Source: Octopus vulgaris
Taxonomy: Eukaryota
Direction: 5' to 3'
DNA: 64,000 nucleotides
Assembly: GCA_951406725.2 (NCBI GenBank)
Contig: OX597818.1
Location: forward strand, 14,880,001-14,944,000
Both the position numbers and the translations under genes were made by a program. The notes under the pieces were generated by a model. The model was not told the DNA's origin. It made no database searches and saw only the letters and a list, made by a program, of their open reading frames with translations. How positions within the stretch are numbered: position 1 is the stretch's first letter; every line of letters starts with the position of its first letter. Of the stretch, positions 37,249 through 51,677 are shown piece after piece.

Positions 37249-40200
37249 CTCGTTGACCATTGGTTGTAAAGTGTTAATGGGCAGAGAGAGGGTCTTACTG
37301 CAAACTCTGCTCACCAAAATTATTTTTTGATAGATCTCTCATCCATTTACATGACAGTCTTATGAAGGAGCTTCTACATGGTCACTCAACTAGCTAAAAA
37401 CATCGGCCAAATGTTTTTCATCACACATGCGATGATGTTGTCTTACATACACTATGTCTGAAGAAAAAACAGGATGGTCATAGTTTGAATACCTTTGATT
37501 ATAGGAGTGCTTTATCAGTGCTGACTTACCTAGGGCTTAACTGCTGCTGCTACTACTACTACGACTTCTTCTACTACTACTACTACTACTACTACTACTA
37601 TTGCTGCTGTATCTTAATTGCACTTGTTTACTAATCCCTTTAATACCTAGCAAGCTATCCCATACAAATTAATGTTATGTTTCCAACAATACTTATTTCA
37701 CTCATTCTCTTTAGTGGCTGCAAACTTCTTTGATATCAATGTCCAAATCTATATGTAACAGCAGCAGGTACCTCTAGAATATGCTTTTTAAAGTTTTCCT
37801 TTTGCATGTTGAGATCGTAAAACCAAGGTGTCACATAAAATGAGATCCTAAAATCATGGTGTCATGTAAAAAGCACTGGTGCTAGGATTGTGTAAAAACC
37901 ACCTAGTACACTCTGTAAAGTGGTTGGCATTGGGAAGTTCACCCAACCACAGAAGCTAAGCCAAAACATTGTGGAACCTGGTATAGCTCCTGGCCTTGAC
38001 AGTTCCTATCAAGCCACCCAACCCTTGCCAGCATGGAAAATACATTTTAAATGAGGATGATCATGATATTGAGGGAAACCCTTTGTTGTGAACTGAACAT
38101 CTTAAACTCATTCCAAACATGTTATCTGAGCAGTTTATGAACTTTATTTTATGGCTGCTCTTTTACTTTATTCAGTATGAAAAAGTATATTTAATGTTTT
38201 AAATATATTTAGTTTTGCTATAGAATAGCTCCATTATTGTTCTACATCAAGACTACTTTGTTTTGAGCGTATAAACTATTTAACATTTTAAATATTAAAG
38301 ATACTAGAAGAAACACAGTTTTCCAAGCAGCTTCCCCCAGTTAATGTAATGTTGTGTGTGTGTGTGTGCATGCGTGTGTGCGTGCATGTGTGTGTGTGAG
38401 AGAGAAAGAATTCAGATCTCTCCAAGATTTGTAGATCTGGTTGCAGACATTGCAGTAATGGTCTCTGTCATTTGTGAATAGATTGGACCCATCTCTATGC
38501 TAGGTGGTTTTTTCCTTCAAGATGTTGACCCTAGCAAAACTTTGAACTAAGAAAACTGAACAGCTGTGTCCTGCTAATCTTTCTTTTATAGAAGCAGTGA
38601 GAGAGTCCCATAATGTATGTTTATATCTATGTATATATGTCGCTATGTATACATAAGACCTGCCTGTTTGATCAAGAAGTTTACTTCTCAGCCACATGGG
38701 TTCAGATTCAGTCCCACTGCATAGCACCTTAGGCAAGTATCTTCTATCAGTCCCAGACTGTTGAAAGCCTTGTGAATGACTTTGGTAAATGGAATCTGAA
38801 AGAAGTCCATCATACGTATATATATATAGTGTGTGTTTGTGTGAGGCTTGTATTTTCTTCATCTGCACACATGTTCCCTCCCTAATTGTAAACAATGGTT
38901 TCATTAACAATGTTGTTTGTTTCCAATTCTCCATCTAAACATGTCTGGGCTCTTCAGTAGACTAGGAGATTATTACCTTACATGGAAACAAGTGGGTATT
39001 GTTGACAGGAAGGGCATCAAGCCATAAAGAGAACTTGCTGCAACATAATTTTGTCTGTCTTTGTAAGCATAGAAAAGTAAGCATCAAAATGATGATGATT
39101 ATGGTGACCATGTGCAGTCATGGCTATAGACACAGGTATGGCCATAGGTGTTGGTTTGTTTATGTTCCTGTAACTTAGTTGTTTGGCAAAAGAGTCTGAT
39201 AGAATAAGTACCAAACTTTGGAAAATAAGTACTAGTGTCAATTTGATTAATTGAATCCTTCAAGACAGTGCCCTGGCATGGTCACAGTCAAATGACTGAA
39301 ACAAGTAAACAATTAAAGATATATAGAACTTTATTATTGTCCATTGTATTTTTACCTAATTTAAGATAATGGGGTTTGGCTGTTATTTCTAGTAAGTTTA
39401 GTGACTGCATTGAGGGTTTCCATTGTTAACTCAAATTAAACTTGGTTGTAGTTGTTTTACCACTGTTCAGCTCTGATCACACACATCTATGATGAATGAC
39501 ATTCCAATTGTGACAATCCCATCATTTTGCATATCAGGAAGTATATTGTCCAATATATTCTTTGTTTAAGATATTAGGTTGTGATTTGAGGGAGATTTGG
39601 CTGCTATTTTTAGTAGGTTAAACAACTATGTGAAAGGTGTCTTGTTGAACATCTTTGGACATACATTGGTGATTACCTCTCCTCCCTTTCCTCTCTCTCT
39701 CTCACTCTTGCAATTTTTTTTCATTCCATGGAGATGGTTGGCCTAAGAGGCAGTGTAAGGTATATTACATTACTTCAATGAGGTGGTTAGTGTAAAAAGG
39801 AGTATGAAGTATGAGTCAAAGGAGAGCATGATATGCTGAGAAAGAAAGGTTGGCAGTCTTTTGGGTTCATGTGGACGTTAAACGACGATGATGATGATAT
39901 AAATATACTTACACAAGCTTCATTATAATAAGTATTTTCACAAGCTAGGCTGTTTGTTTATCATGATGTATAAAACTGAAATTATTTATTCGTATTCTTT
40001 TTACTGGTTTCAGACATTGGACTATGGTCATGCTGGGGCATCACGTTCAAAAGTTTTAGCCAATCAAATCAACTCCAGTATTTATTTCAGTCAGGTAATT
40101 AGTTCAATAATTTATATTTGTTGAATCAGAAAGGTACGCTTTTCTTTTTTTTACACCACTCCAATTTTAAATTAACTCTAACAAAGACAAGTCCACACAT

Positions 40201-40359
40201 ACATTAAACAATGGCTTTCACTCACAATCGGAGTCAGAGTTGACTTAGTAGCATCTATGAAGATTTTGTCAATGGCTTTAGGTAGCTGTGTAGTCATGAG
40301 CAGACACAAACAGACTCAACTCTCTTATGGATTGACAAGCAAGATGTAGCAGTTAGATG

Positions 40360-40654
40360 CAATGGTTCTCAGTCATGGTCCTTATGGCCCCAGAAGGTCC
40401 ATATAAGATTTTGGGGTCCACACAAAAAAATAGCAAATAGATGTATGTATTGGTATGTACTGCAAGAAACAACTAGGTTTCTTTCTCTATCATTTTACAT
40501 AGTTCAAATTACACAAGTGAATGTGTGTAAAACAAAATAAGAATTTTGAAAAAAAAGCATCTATAAAACTAGGTTTTGAACATTGAATGGGGGTCTACCA
40601 GAATAATATAGTAATCAAAGGGGACCATAGACAAAATATGATTGAAAACCCTTG
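40360..40654. mobile_element. hAT/Charlie-like MITE (degenerate)
   Basis: CAATGGTTCTCA ... TGAAAACCCTTG termini and GGGGTCCA/GGGGACCA subterminal motifs; no TSD preserved. Confidence 0.45.
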
Positions 40655-41583
40655 AGAAAAAAAATGTACCAGCACAATGATGGTGCATTTATTAGCATCC
40701 CACTAAAGGATGAAAAGCAAAAGCAACTTCACCAAGATTTGAACTCAGTATGCAGAGATCCAGAATAATATATGCAACACATTCTATTTGATGCTCTGAC
40801 AATTTTGCCAATCAACCACTTTACACACACATATTATATATATATGCCTTATATACTAGTGATGGTGCCACTCAAAAAGCACCCAGTACACTCTCTGGTG
40901 TGGTTGGTGTTAGGAAGGGTGTCCAGTTGTAGAAACCAAACCAAAACAGACTATGGAACCTGGTGCATCTCCTGGCCTTGCCAATTCTTGTCAAGGTGTC
41001 CAACCCATACCAGCATGGCAAACGGACTCTAAATGTTGATGATCATGATCATCACCATCACTGTTTTAATGTTTTCCCATGGGTCAGGCAAAACTTCTTG
41101 AGGCAGACTTTCCTGTGACTAGATGCTCTTTCTATTGCCAGTTCTCATCTGTACCAAAGCAAAGTAGCAATTTCCATAGTCCTGACATATACACATATAG
41201 ACACACACACATAGAAGCTGAAGTAGGCCAGTTGAGAAAGAGAGAGAGAGTGTGTGTGTGTTTGTTTGTGTGCATGTACATACGTACTCCAGCTGATGAT
41301 TAAGTTATCATACCAGAATCTTTTGAGGAGTTGCAGAAAGTAGTTTGAAGCTCAAAAACATAATCTAGCTCTTTTGTATAACAATATTTCAATGAATTTT
41401 GAAGATAATGAACAATTTGGAAAGGTTTAGCAAAAAATAAATTTTCATTATTAAGCTGATATATTAAAAAATTCAAAAACCACCACTTTATTTTATAGAA
41501 CCTGAAGTGCTTTTGTGTAGTTTGATATCAAACATAAAATTCTATTTATAGAACCTGAAGTGCTTTTGTATAGTTTGATATCA

Positions 41584-41828
41584 TCATCGTCATCATCATC
41601 ATCATTTAACATCCACTTTCCATGCTAGCATGGGTTGGACAGTTCAACTGGGGTCTGGGAAGCCAGAAGGCTGCACCAGGCCCAGTCTGATCTGGCAGTG
41701 TTTCTACAGCTGGATGCCCTTCCTAATGCCAACCATTCCGTGAGTGTAGTGGGTGCTTTTTACGTGCCACTGGCACAGGTGCCAGATGAGGCTGGCAACG
41801 GCCACGATTGGATGGTGCTTTTTACATG
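41584..41828 (-). mobile_element. RTE-related non-autonomous element flanked by 50-bp direct repeats
   Basis: Same family; direct repeats 41534-41583 and 41829-41878. Confidence 0.85.
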
Positions 41829-43046
41829 ATAAAATTCTATTTATAGAACCCGAAGTGCTTTTGTATAGTTTGATATCAAATATAAAATTCTACAGATCAT
41901 AAAGGTAAAATCCAAGATATTGCTTAAGAGAGGTACTGAATCCCATTGTAGGAAGTAATCTTTGTGTATTGGTCTTTTGATTGATAAAAGCATCATTCCA
42001 TGTATTCAGTGCAAGCAATGAGCACTGAAATTGAGCTATTTCTTTATTGCCCACTAGGGGCTAAACATAGAGGGGACAGACAAAGGGATTAAGTCGATTA
42101 CAATGACCCCAGTGCATAACTGGTACTTATTTAATTGACCCCGAAAAGATGAAAGGCAAAGTCAACCTCAGCAGAATTTGAACTCAGAACATAGTGGCAG
42201 ATGAAATACCACTAAGCATTTCACCCAACGTGCTCACAATTCTGCCAGCTTGTCACCTAACAGGGAATGATATTGATGTTGAAATGTGTCAGTTCTTTTG
42301 AGACAAGTGCTGTGTGTCATTCTGGTCTTTGGTGTTGTTAGATCAAGAAATTTTTTTACATTTCATGTTCTAAGGTCAGTTTCTAAGATTAAGATTCATT
42401 TTTTTTTTTTTTTTTTTTTTTGACTGTATAACATGTGCTCTACTTGTTCACTTACCCAGCCATGTATCTAAGAGTGACTTTCGATTTTTAGCCCAATTTT
42501 TCTATGACCTTCCTAATTGAGGGTGCGCAGTAATATTCTTCAGTAGGATTGCCCAGACACTGATGTAGGACCAGAATTCCTACATAGCCCCTGGGGTTTG
42601 CAAATGTAAAATTTACACATCTGTTAAAGTACAGGTCTAGAATAGAAACTTTAAGCAACTACAAACCTGTTTCTACTGTCTTTATCCCATCGCTTTTGGA
42701 CATTTTTAAGTAGGCTGTAGAATTATCAGCAGAAGAAATGCTGATGGCATAGATTTGTCTATAGATCTCAACTTACCATTATTAAGATGTTTTTAAGGTG
42801 GCATGCTGACAAAATCATTAGTATGCCAGGCAAAATACTTGGTGGCATTTCCTCTTTCTGTATGTTCTAGATCAAATTCTGCCGAGGTCGACTTTACCTT
42901 CCATCCTTTTGGGGCTGATAGGTTAAGTATCCGTTGAGTACTGGGGTCAATGTAATTGACTTACCCCTCCCCTGAAATTACTGGCTTTATGCCAAAATTT
43001 GAAACCATTATTAAGATGAAATTTGAAAAATAAGTGAGCGGTGACT

Positions 43047-43426
43047 GGAGTGGCTGTGTGGTAAGTAGCTTGCTTACCAACCACATGGTTCTGGGTTCAG
43101 TCCCACTGCATGACACCTTGGGCAAATGTCTTCTACTATAGCCTCGGGCTGACCACAACCTTGTGAGTGGATTTGGTAGATGGAAACTGAAAGAAGCCTA
43201 TCGTATATATGTATATATATATGTGTTTGTGTGTCCTCTCAACATCGATTGACAACCAATGCTGGTGTGTTTACGCCCCGTAACTTAGTGGTTCGGCAAA
43301 AGAGACTGATAGAATAAGTACTAAGCTTACAAAGAATAAGTCCTTGGGTCGATTTCCTCGACTAAAGGCAGTGCTCCAGCATGGCTGCAGTCAAATGACT
43401 GAAACATGTAAAAGAGTAAAAGAGTA
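43047..43426 (+). mobile_element. OR1-like CORE-SINE
   Basis: Same family. Confidence 0.9.
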
Positions 43427-43574
43427 AATATTTTTGACAATCAGTTATAATAGATTTTTATTCATAATAACATTTCAAAAATAGTAGTGTTTCTTGATAG
43501 AAGCAAAGATTGTCTTATGTACCTTGATCTCAAAAGGGTTTGAAGTTTTTTTCTTTTTTAAATATTAACAAAAT

Positions 43575-43940
43575 CGTCATCATCATCATCATCGTTTAAC
43601 ATCCGCTTTCCATGCTAGCATAGGTTGGATGATTTTGACTGAGGGCTGGCGAACCAGATGGCTGCACTAGGCTCCAATCTTGATCTGGTAGAGTTTCTAC
43701 AGCTGGATGCCCTTCCTAACACCAACCACTCCAAGAGTGTAGTGGGTGCTTTTTACATGCCACCGGCTTGGGGGGCCAGTCAGGCGGTACTGGCAAAAAC
43801 CTCGCTCAAATCTTTTTACACATGCCACTGGCACAGGTGCCAGTAAGGCGACACTGGTAACGAACATGCTCGAATGGTGCCTTTTATGTGCCACTGGCAT
43901 GGAAGCCAGTTAGCCGCTCTGGCAACGATCACGCTCAGAT
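43575..43940 (-). mobile_element. RTE-related non-autonomous element with about 3 tandem 5' modules
   Basis: Same family; repeated TTTTACATGCCAC modules. Confidence 0.85.
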
Positions 43941-45788
43941 ATTTATTTTTAATTATAACATTTAAATACAAAAACAGGAAAAATGGAGGTTTAACAAAGG
44001 AAAGAGAAGTGGGGTTAAAGCAGCAGAAGATGGAGGAGGAGGGGCAATTTGTGCTCAACTGCACCCCATGGTAATGTCTGTAGTGGATTTGCCACAGAGA
44101 ATGGTCAGCGACTCTCACTGCAGCAGCCGCTATCATTTGAGGAGCAGTTTTCATGTAAGAATCATTAGGGAGTAGATAGAAGTTTCATTCTGTGTACTTA
44201 GTGCAAGCAGTGAGTGATCTCATTAACCGTGAGATCTGTGGCATATTGACAGAATCTACTCAGACGTAATAGATTTACAGAATTAGTTAGCAGGAGGAAC
44301 ATTTATAAAATATAAAATAACATATGTTACATAAAAAGTTCACTTGAGCATAGTTGATAGATTTCTGTTTCTGAGGTAACCTAATTAGTTCTGCAGGTGT
44401 TTGTTATAAAATACATTAGTTGGAATAAGGAAGAGACAAGAACTGGTTTCTGTTGGCAACAAAGTGTTTCTTTGTGTGTGTGTGTGTGTGTCTGTGTCTG
44501 TATGCGCATGTATGCAAGAGACAGGCTATGTGATGGTGCATGATAGTTAGACATGGTTATTTGGTGTGAAAGATAACCTAACGAAACTGATAAAATAGAT
44601 GTGAAGATCACAGCATATATGTGTTCCTAGTAATTACCTCTTATTACAATTCTCTGTGTGTGTGTGTGTGTGTTCGTACAATTTTATAGCTATTTTTATG
44701 CTGGTATAAATTGGTATTTATTTGAGACAGCATTTTATTGCTGAACACTCTTCCTCGTGCCCATCCTTTACAAGCAAGGGATATATTATTTCACTACAAG
44801 AGGCCAGGGCTATGGGACATAATGTTTACCAAGAAAGTAAACATGACACCACTGCTTGACAACTGCTGTTGGTGTGTTTACATCCTCATAGCTTAGCAGT
44901 TCAGCAAAAGAAATCGATAAATACCAGGCTTTATAAAAAATAAGTACTAAAATTCTTCAAGTTAGTACCCCAGCATGGCTGCACTCTGATGACTGAAGGA
45001 AGCAAAAGATGAAAGATATGCATCTGTGTCTTTGTGTCTGTGGTTTTCCTTCCCACAACCATCACTTGACAACTGATATTGGTATATTTACATCCCCGTA
45101 ACTTAGCAGTTCAGCAAAAGAGTAAGATGGAATAAGTACTAGGCTTACAAAGAATAAGTCCTGAGGTTGATTTCTTCAACTAAAAACCCTTTAAGGCAAG
45201 TAAATGAATAAAAGAGTATATGTGTATATATATATACATATCAGTATATATCAATATCATCATTGTCATCATCATTGCCATCATTTAATGACAATGATTA
45301 TATATATATAGGCTAACATGTGTTGGATGATGGCCATATCAAAGGCAGGATTTTACAACCAGATGCTCTTCCTGTCACCAGCATTTACCAGCTTTTGAGC
45401 AAGGAATATTTTATTCCACTGGTCTTCAAAGGCACAGACCAATTGTCATAATTTTAGCAAGGGCTGTAAACATATCACTGTTTAACTCTTGTGAATCTGT
45501 GGTAATTTAGCTATCATGAACATTTTCACACACAACGCACACACACATGTAATGTATATCTTTTAATAAAATGCAATGTTTACCTCACTTACTGTGTGGA
45601 GTAAACAAAATGAACAGACTAAAGTTTTTATCAGTCCACAGATATAAAAATTGGAATCAATCTAATTTCCTGTCATTAGTCTAATTTGCATAACGAAGTA
45701 TTCACTGATAGAGTTGAATATTCTATGTTTATTAAAAAAAATATACTATATTTTAAAATACCCAATAATACTGTGTAGTGCATTATAT

Positions 45789-46199
45789 ATTTCTTTACTG
45801 CCCACAAGGGGCTAAACATAGAGGGGACAAACAAGGACAGACAAAGGGATTAAGTCAATTACATCGATCCCAGTACGTAACTGGTACTTAATTTATTGAC
45901 CCCGAAAGGATGAAAGGTAAAGTCAACCTCAGCAGAATTTGAACTCAGAACACAACGGCAGACGAAATACCTATTTCTTTACTACCCACAAGGGGCTAAA
46001 CACAGAGAGGACAAACAAGGACAGACAAATGGATTAAGTTGATTATATCAACCCCAGTGCATAACTGGTACTTGTAATCGACTCCGAAAGAATGAAAGGC
46101 AGTCGACCTCAACGGAATTTGAACTCAGAATGTAGTGGCAGACGAAATACTGCTAAGCATTTCACCCGGCATGCTAACATTTCTGCCAGCCTGCCGCCT
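45789..46199 (-). mobile_element. Nin/Deu-domain SINE with internal tandem duplication (two bodies, one head)
   Basis: About 183-bp unit repeated at 45789 and 45972. Confidence 0.8.
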
Positions 46200-46542
46200 T
46201 TTATTTCAGTTTCTGTCTACCAAATCCACACACAAGGTTTTGATTGGCCTGAGTCCATAGTAAAAAACATTCACCCAAGGTGCCATGCTATGCAACTGTA
46301 TCTGGAATCATGTGGTTGGGGAGCAAACTTCTTTGCACACAGCCACACCAGTATGAAAAACTTGGATAATAATAAGAAATTAAATTGTAATGTAATTTAT
46401 TAAATTGTGATATGCACCATTTTCTCTCCTATAATAACATTCTGATCTTCAAGCAGAGAGATAAAGCATGCTTTGGTACATATTTATTGACTCTAAGAAA
46501 TAAGATAGAAAAACCATAAACTTTTACAAACAGTATAACATA

Positions 46543-47700
46543 CCATAAATCCTCGAGTATAATCCACATATTTTTCCCAAAATTTAATGATCAAAATCCC
46601 TAGTGCATACTATATACGAGGATAAAAATGAAAAATATTTTCTAAGCAATATCCGAGTCTCTATTTGCTGTCCGGCAAAATTTATTCAGATGCATTTTGT
46701 GATGTCAGGTGCGAAAATACCTTCATCATTATTGTTTGACCGTGGTCAAAACAATGGAATTTACTATGTTACGCCAGACTTCACGGTCCATCATAGCATC
46801 ACGGAGGTCCTGTTGCTGGATGCCTGTATCCCTGGAGATTACATCAGGGTAGGAGAGTGTGCGCCCTCTGGTATCGCGAGCAGATGGCTTCCAGAGGAGA
46901 AGAGTAGAAATTACCTCCTTTTCAGCTCTACAACAATGTCCAGCAAACTGGACTCTTCTACCTTTCACAAGAGATGATACAGGTGGTAATTTCCCATATA
47001 TTTGTACTTTGGTTGGATGATGCTTCCATGAGAGATTTTGAGCTCTCATAAGGAGGTGAGTGTAAGTTCCATCCAACCGCCTTTCAAGCTTCTTTGATAA
47101 CATCCAGGTTTCTGAGCCATATAGTAGAATTGGTTCTATGAGACCAAGTTTACTTTCAACTCTAAAACTATTCGGAATGGGGAAATGCTCAAAGACTTTT
47201 TAGAGGAATATAATCTTTACACCCCCAACAATTATTTTATGAAACCAAAAGGACAACTTTGGACATTCGAGTATCCATCTAGTGACAGGGCACAAGTTGA
47301 CTACCTCATTTTTTTAAAGAAGTGGTGCAATAGTGTCAAAGACTTGAGATCCTACTCTTCCTTTAGTCCTGTTGGTTCCAACCACAGAATTGTATCAGCT
47401 ACCATTAAGCTTAGTCTTCACTCATCCAAAAAAGCTAAGCCTCATCCGATGAAAATACCTTAAGCTAAGCCAGAAAGCAATGAAGTCATAAAAGAATCAT
47501 CCATAACATGCAGTAAGCAATATTTATTAAACATTATTACTGTTATTACTATTATTTCTTCATTTTCTGCAAACAAAATGCACAAAAAAGCTACATGTTT
47601 GCATTATGTTATATGTACAATAATAATAAAGGACGTTGCTGTATACATTTTTACAAACCAAGGACGTTATACACAAGGTTTAGGTTTTCCAGAGGTACAA
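46543..47700. mobile_element. pogo/Tc2-like non-autonomous DNA transposon, interrupted by an RTE insertion and truncated on the right
   Basis: TA|CCATAAATCCTCGAGTATAA left end and TATATACGAGG/TTATACACAAGG subterminal repeats; right TIR not seen. Confidence 0.4.
46724..47450 (-). mobile_element. RTE-clade LINE insertion with inverted 5' segment
   Basis: 46724-47139 minus: IEPILLYGSETW...RRVQFAGHC..W..MMDREVWR plus ATG-repeat tail; 47140-47450 plus: endonuclease C-terminus NGEMLKDF..WTF..QVDY..SNHRIV; TSD GAAAATACCTT at 46713-46723 and 47451-47461. Confidence 0.88.
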
Positions 47701-49223
47701 CCTGCTAAAAATAAATTAAGTACCAGTTACGTACTGTGGTCGATGTAATTGACTTAATCCCTTTGTCTGTCCTTGTTTGTCCCCTGTATGTTTAGCTCCT
47801 TGTGGGCAATAAAGAGATAAGAAACTAAAATAAATCCTTTGTGTGTGTGTGTGTGTAGGTTTCCCACCTCTGCTTGACAACTTGTGTTGGTGTGCTTACA
47901 TCCCTGTATTTTAGTGGTTTAGCAAAAGAGACTGACCGAGAGAATAAGTAACAAACTTTAAGAAAAAAAGACTGAGGTGTAGTGATCCAGCATAGCTGCA
48001 GTCTAATGACTGAAACAAGTAAAAGATAAAAGTTTGAGTTCAAATCACGCTGAGATCCTCATTTAGGGTTGATAAAAAGGTGCAAATCCTGGGCAGTGAA
48101 CTGGAGGTGCTATAAAGAGGACAGTCTGGATATGTGAGTTCAGATTCTGCCAAGGCCTGTTTGGGTTTTAGACTTAATCTGTTGTCCAGTTTAATACCGT
48201 AACCTAACATTTTAGGTGCTTTCAGAAGCCCTTTTTTCTATAAACATTCAGACCAGCTCTTTGGTTTGAGGATATATCTCCCACCTACCAATCTCAGAGG
48301 TCCTTTAACAGGTCGTGAGCATTGCTTTTCCTCCTGACTAACTGATAAAACAAATAATGACAATAATAAATCACTTCTCAGATTGTTGCTACAATAGAAC
48401 ACTTCCAAACTGTTGACTGACACATTTCTCTTAACCTTACAGCTAGCTAAGCTTGCTAAGAACTACAAAACCTTTACTTGAATTTCTCTCTCTGTTCTTT
48501 AATGCAATATCATAATTCTCTTAGTCTGGCTGTTGCAGGACAGGGCTGTGTGTCAAACTTTAGCTTGATAAACTATACCCTCACCTACCATCTCCATTCT
48601 TTTCTGTTACCTGGTTACTACTGAGTGGCTGGGGGGAGTGACTGTATGTAACATTCCCATTCTTACTTAAACTGTGAATGAGTGATCCTTTCAGTTTGTT
48701 GTCTACCTTTTTTTTTATTTATTCCAAAAAAGAAATTATGCTACCCCTTTCTCACATTTTCTCTCTGTATCTCTTCCCCACACATTGTGTGTGTGCATGT
48801 AAAAATTGCCTTTTGAGTGACGAGTTCTGTACTCTTATCAGAAATGTCTCCCTTCCACTTATCATTATCACCTTCACGACATTGCTAAATTGCTAAAGCT
48901 CACGCATAAACAGAATTAGTTGAATTGAATTTACAGTTACCTATATTGTACACCATCTAAAATAGAAAACTATATGCATGCGCGTGTGTGTCTGTGTGTG
49001 TGTGTGTGGTGACACCTATTTCAAACCACATAAGGACTAAAGACAAAATTGACTCTGAGCCTGATTTCACCTTATAATGTGGAAATTTATTTAACACTCA
49101 GGTGCATGCGCACACACACATACACACACACACACACAAACAAAATTCAATTCAATTCAATCGAAACACATAACAACATTACATCATTGAACAATAGCAC
49201 TAAAGCAACACTGAGCAGCACTT

Positions 49224-50330
49224 AGGAGTGGCTGTGTGATAAGTAGCTTACTTACAAACAACATGGTTCCGGGTTCACTCCCACTGTATGGCATCTTGGG
49301 CAAGTGTCTTCTACTATCGCCTCGGGCCAGCCAAAGCCTTGTGAGTAGATTTGGTGAACGGAAACTGAAAGAAGCCTGTCGTATATATGTATATATACAC
49401 GTGTGTGTGTGTGTGTGTGTGTATGTTTGTGTGTCTATGTTTGTCCCCCTCCCCCAACATCGCTTGACAACCGATGCTGGTGTGTTTATGTTCCCTGTAA
49501 CTTAGCAGTTCCGCAAAAGAGACTGATAAAATAAGTACTAGGCTTACAAAGAATAAGTCCTAGGGTCGATTTGCTCAACTTAAAGGCAATGCTCCAGCAT
49601 GGCCACAGTCAAATGACTGAAACAAGTAAAAGAGTATCTTTTACTTGTTTTCTATAAGTTTGGTGCTTATTGTATTGATCTCTTTTGCCTAACTGCTAAG
49701 GTAAACAGACATAAACACACTAACACTGGTTGGCAAGCTGTGGCAGGGGACAAACACACACAGAGAAGTTTATATGTATATACAGACAAGGTGGTATCAA
49801 AAGATTTCCAGACTAGTTATATTTAATAAAGAATAAGTTATTTACCTAAGTTTTAACATTATTTCCTTTGAAATAGTCACTTTGCGGAGCAATACACTGG
49901 TCCCAGTGTTCCTGCCACATTTGGAATCCAGGCTGGAAGTCATTTTCTGTAAGCGAGTCAAGGACCTTGTGTGATTCACTTTGGATCTCAACAACAGTGT
50001 TTAAACGGTGACCTTTTGAGATGCATTTTCATCTTGGGGAAGAGATGGGAATCCGCGGATACTAAATCTGGTGAATAGGGTGGTCACTGCTAGCTCTCAC
50101 TGCAAATGCTGCTGTATTCTGCTATCTGTTGGCCCACTACAGAACTTGTCCAGGAACTTTTTGATATCACCTCATATATATATGACGGGCTTCTTTCAGT
50201 TTTCAGCCACCAAATCCACACACAACGCTTTGATTGACCCAAGGTTATAGTAGAAGACACTTGCCCAAGGTGCCATGCAGTAGGATTGAACCCAGAGCTA
50301 TGTGGTTGAGAAGCAAGCTTATTATGAGTT
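49224..50330. mobile_element. Tail-to-tail OR1-like SINE pair (49224-49635 +, 49638-50330 -)
   Basis: AAACAAGTAAAAGAG-TAT-CTTTTACTTGTTT junction; second copy split by a mariner MITE. Confidence 0.85.
49787..50174 (-). mobile_element. mariner deletion derivative (MITE) inside a SINE
   Basis: TIRs AGGTGGTATCAAAAG / CTTTTTGATATCACCT; minus strand encodes mariner C-terminus WQEHWDQCIAPQSDYFKG. Confidence 0.75.
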
Positions 50331-51367
50331 AAACACCTATAAACACTTACATAACTCTAAAATAACACTGAGTAACATTTTAACATTATTGAATAACACT
50401 AAAATAATATTGGTTTCAAATGTTGGTACAAGGCCTGCAAATTCTGAGGAGTGGATAAGTTGATAATATCAGCCTCAATTCTCAACTGGTACCTATTTTA
50501 TCAATCCTGAAAGGATGAAAGGCAAAGTTGACCTTGGTGGAATTTGAACTCAGAACATAAAGATGGACAAAATGCCTATAAGCATTATGCGCAGTGTGCT
50601 AACAATTCTGCCAGCTCACTGCCTTGCAATACTAAAATAATATTGACCAACACTAAAACAATATTGATCAACTCTAACAATAATACCAAAACAAGGCTAA
50701 CATGTCACTGAATACAGGATAACAAAGAATCTCAGTACCTCTGGGTAAAGACAGTTTTGGTGCCCTTATTTTTAACAAGTAAGAGGAAATTTTGTGCTCT
50801 TCACATTTGTATCTGGGGCAAGAAATGGAGGTGACCTATCCTACCCTTACATTTCCATGCTGTACCTCTGATTGAATACTTCAAGAATAACACCAAACAA
50901 TATAACTACTACAACACAGGATGTCATTGAAACGCCATTAATCAATTCTAAAACAACATTGACTAGCATTAAAACAATACCAGACAACATCGAACAATCT
51001 AAAAGCAACAACACTAAAATAAACTTAACATCACAAATACATATAGACCAAACAAGATAAAACTCAAACAAAATTGTATAATGTTAATACAGCACCAAGC
51101 GGAAAGAATACTGCATATTGTTATAAGACCTGAACAAAGCTTAGACAACATTGGTTTCAAGTTTTGGCAGAAGGCCAGTAATTTTGGGTGGGGAGGAAGT
51201 AAGTCGATTACATTGACCCCAGTGCTCAACTGGTACTTATTTTATCAACTAAAACCTTCAACTCCACTACTTTTTTTTCTAAAGTATGGTACTTATTCTA
51301 TTATTGTCCTTTGCCAAACTGCTAAGTTACAGGGATGTATACAAACCAACACAGGTTGTCAAGCATT

Positions 51368-51677
51368 GGCGGCTTAGTGGTTAGGGTATTTGGCTCACAG
51401 TCATTAAGTTCAATTCCTGGTAGCACACTGTGTCCTTGAGCAAGACTCTTTATTTCACGTTGCCCCAGTCCACTCAGCTGGCAAAAATGAGTTGTACTTG
51501 TAATTCAAAGAGCTTTCCTTGTCACACTCTGTGTCATGCTGAATCTCCCTGAGAACTACATTAAAGGTACATGCGTCTGTGGAGTGCTCAGTCACTTGCA
51601 AATTAATTTCATGAGCAAGCTGTTCCATTTATCTGATCATCTGGAACCCTTGTAGTTGTAACTGACTGAGTGCCAGT
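51368..51677 (+). mobile_element. OR2-like CORE-SINE nested in a minus-strand OR1-like copy (about 51280-51850)
   Basis: GGCTTAGTGGTTAGGG head, GTGTCCTTGAGCAAGAC core, CAGTCCACTCAGCTGGCAAAAATGAG. Confidence 0.8.

Noticed and set aside
42454-42636. Minus-strand exon with strong GTAAGT donor
   Set aside because: All frames hit a stop before the donor; a non-coding exon cannot be excluded but is unsupported.
50872-51060. Thr/Asn-rich mucin-like ORF
   Set aside because: Low-complexity AAC-rich DNA without splice or start support.
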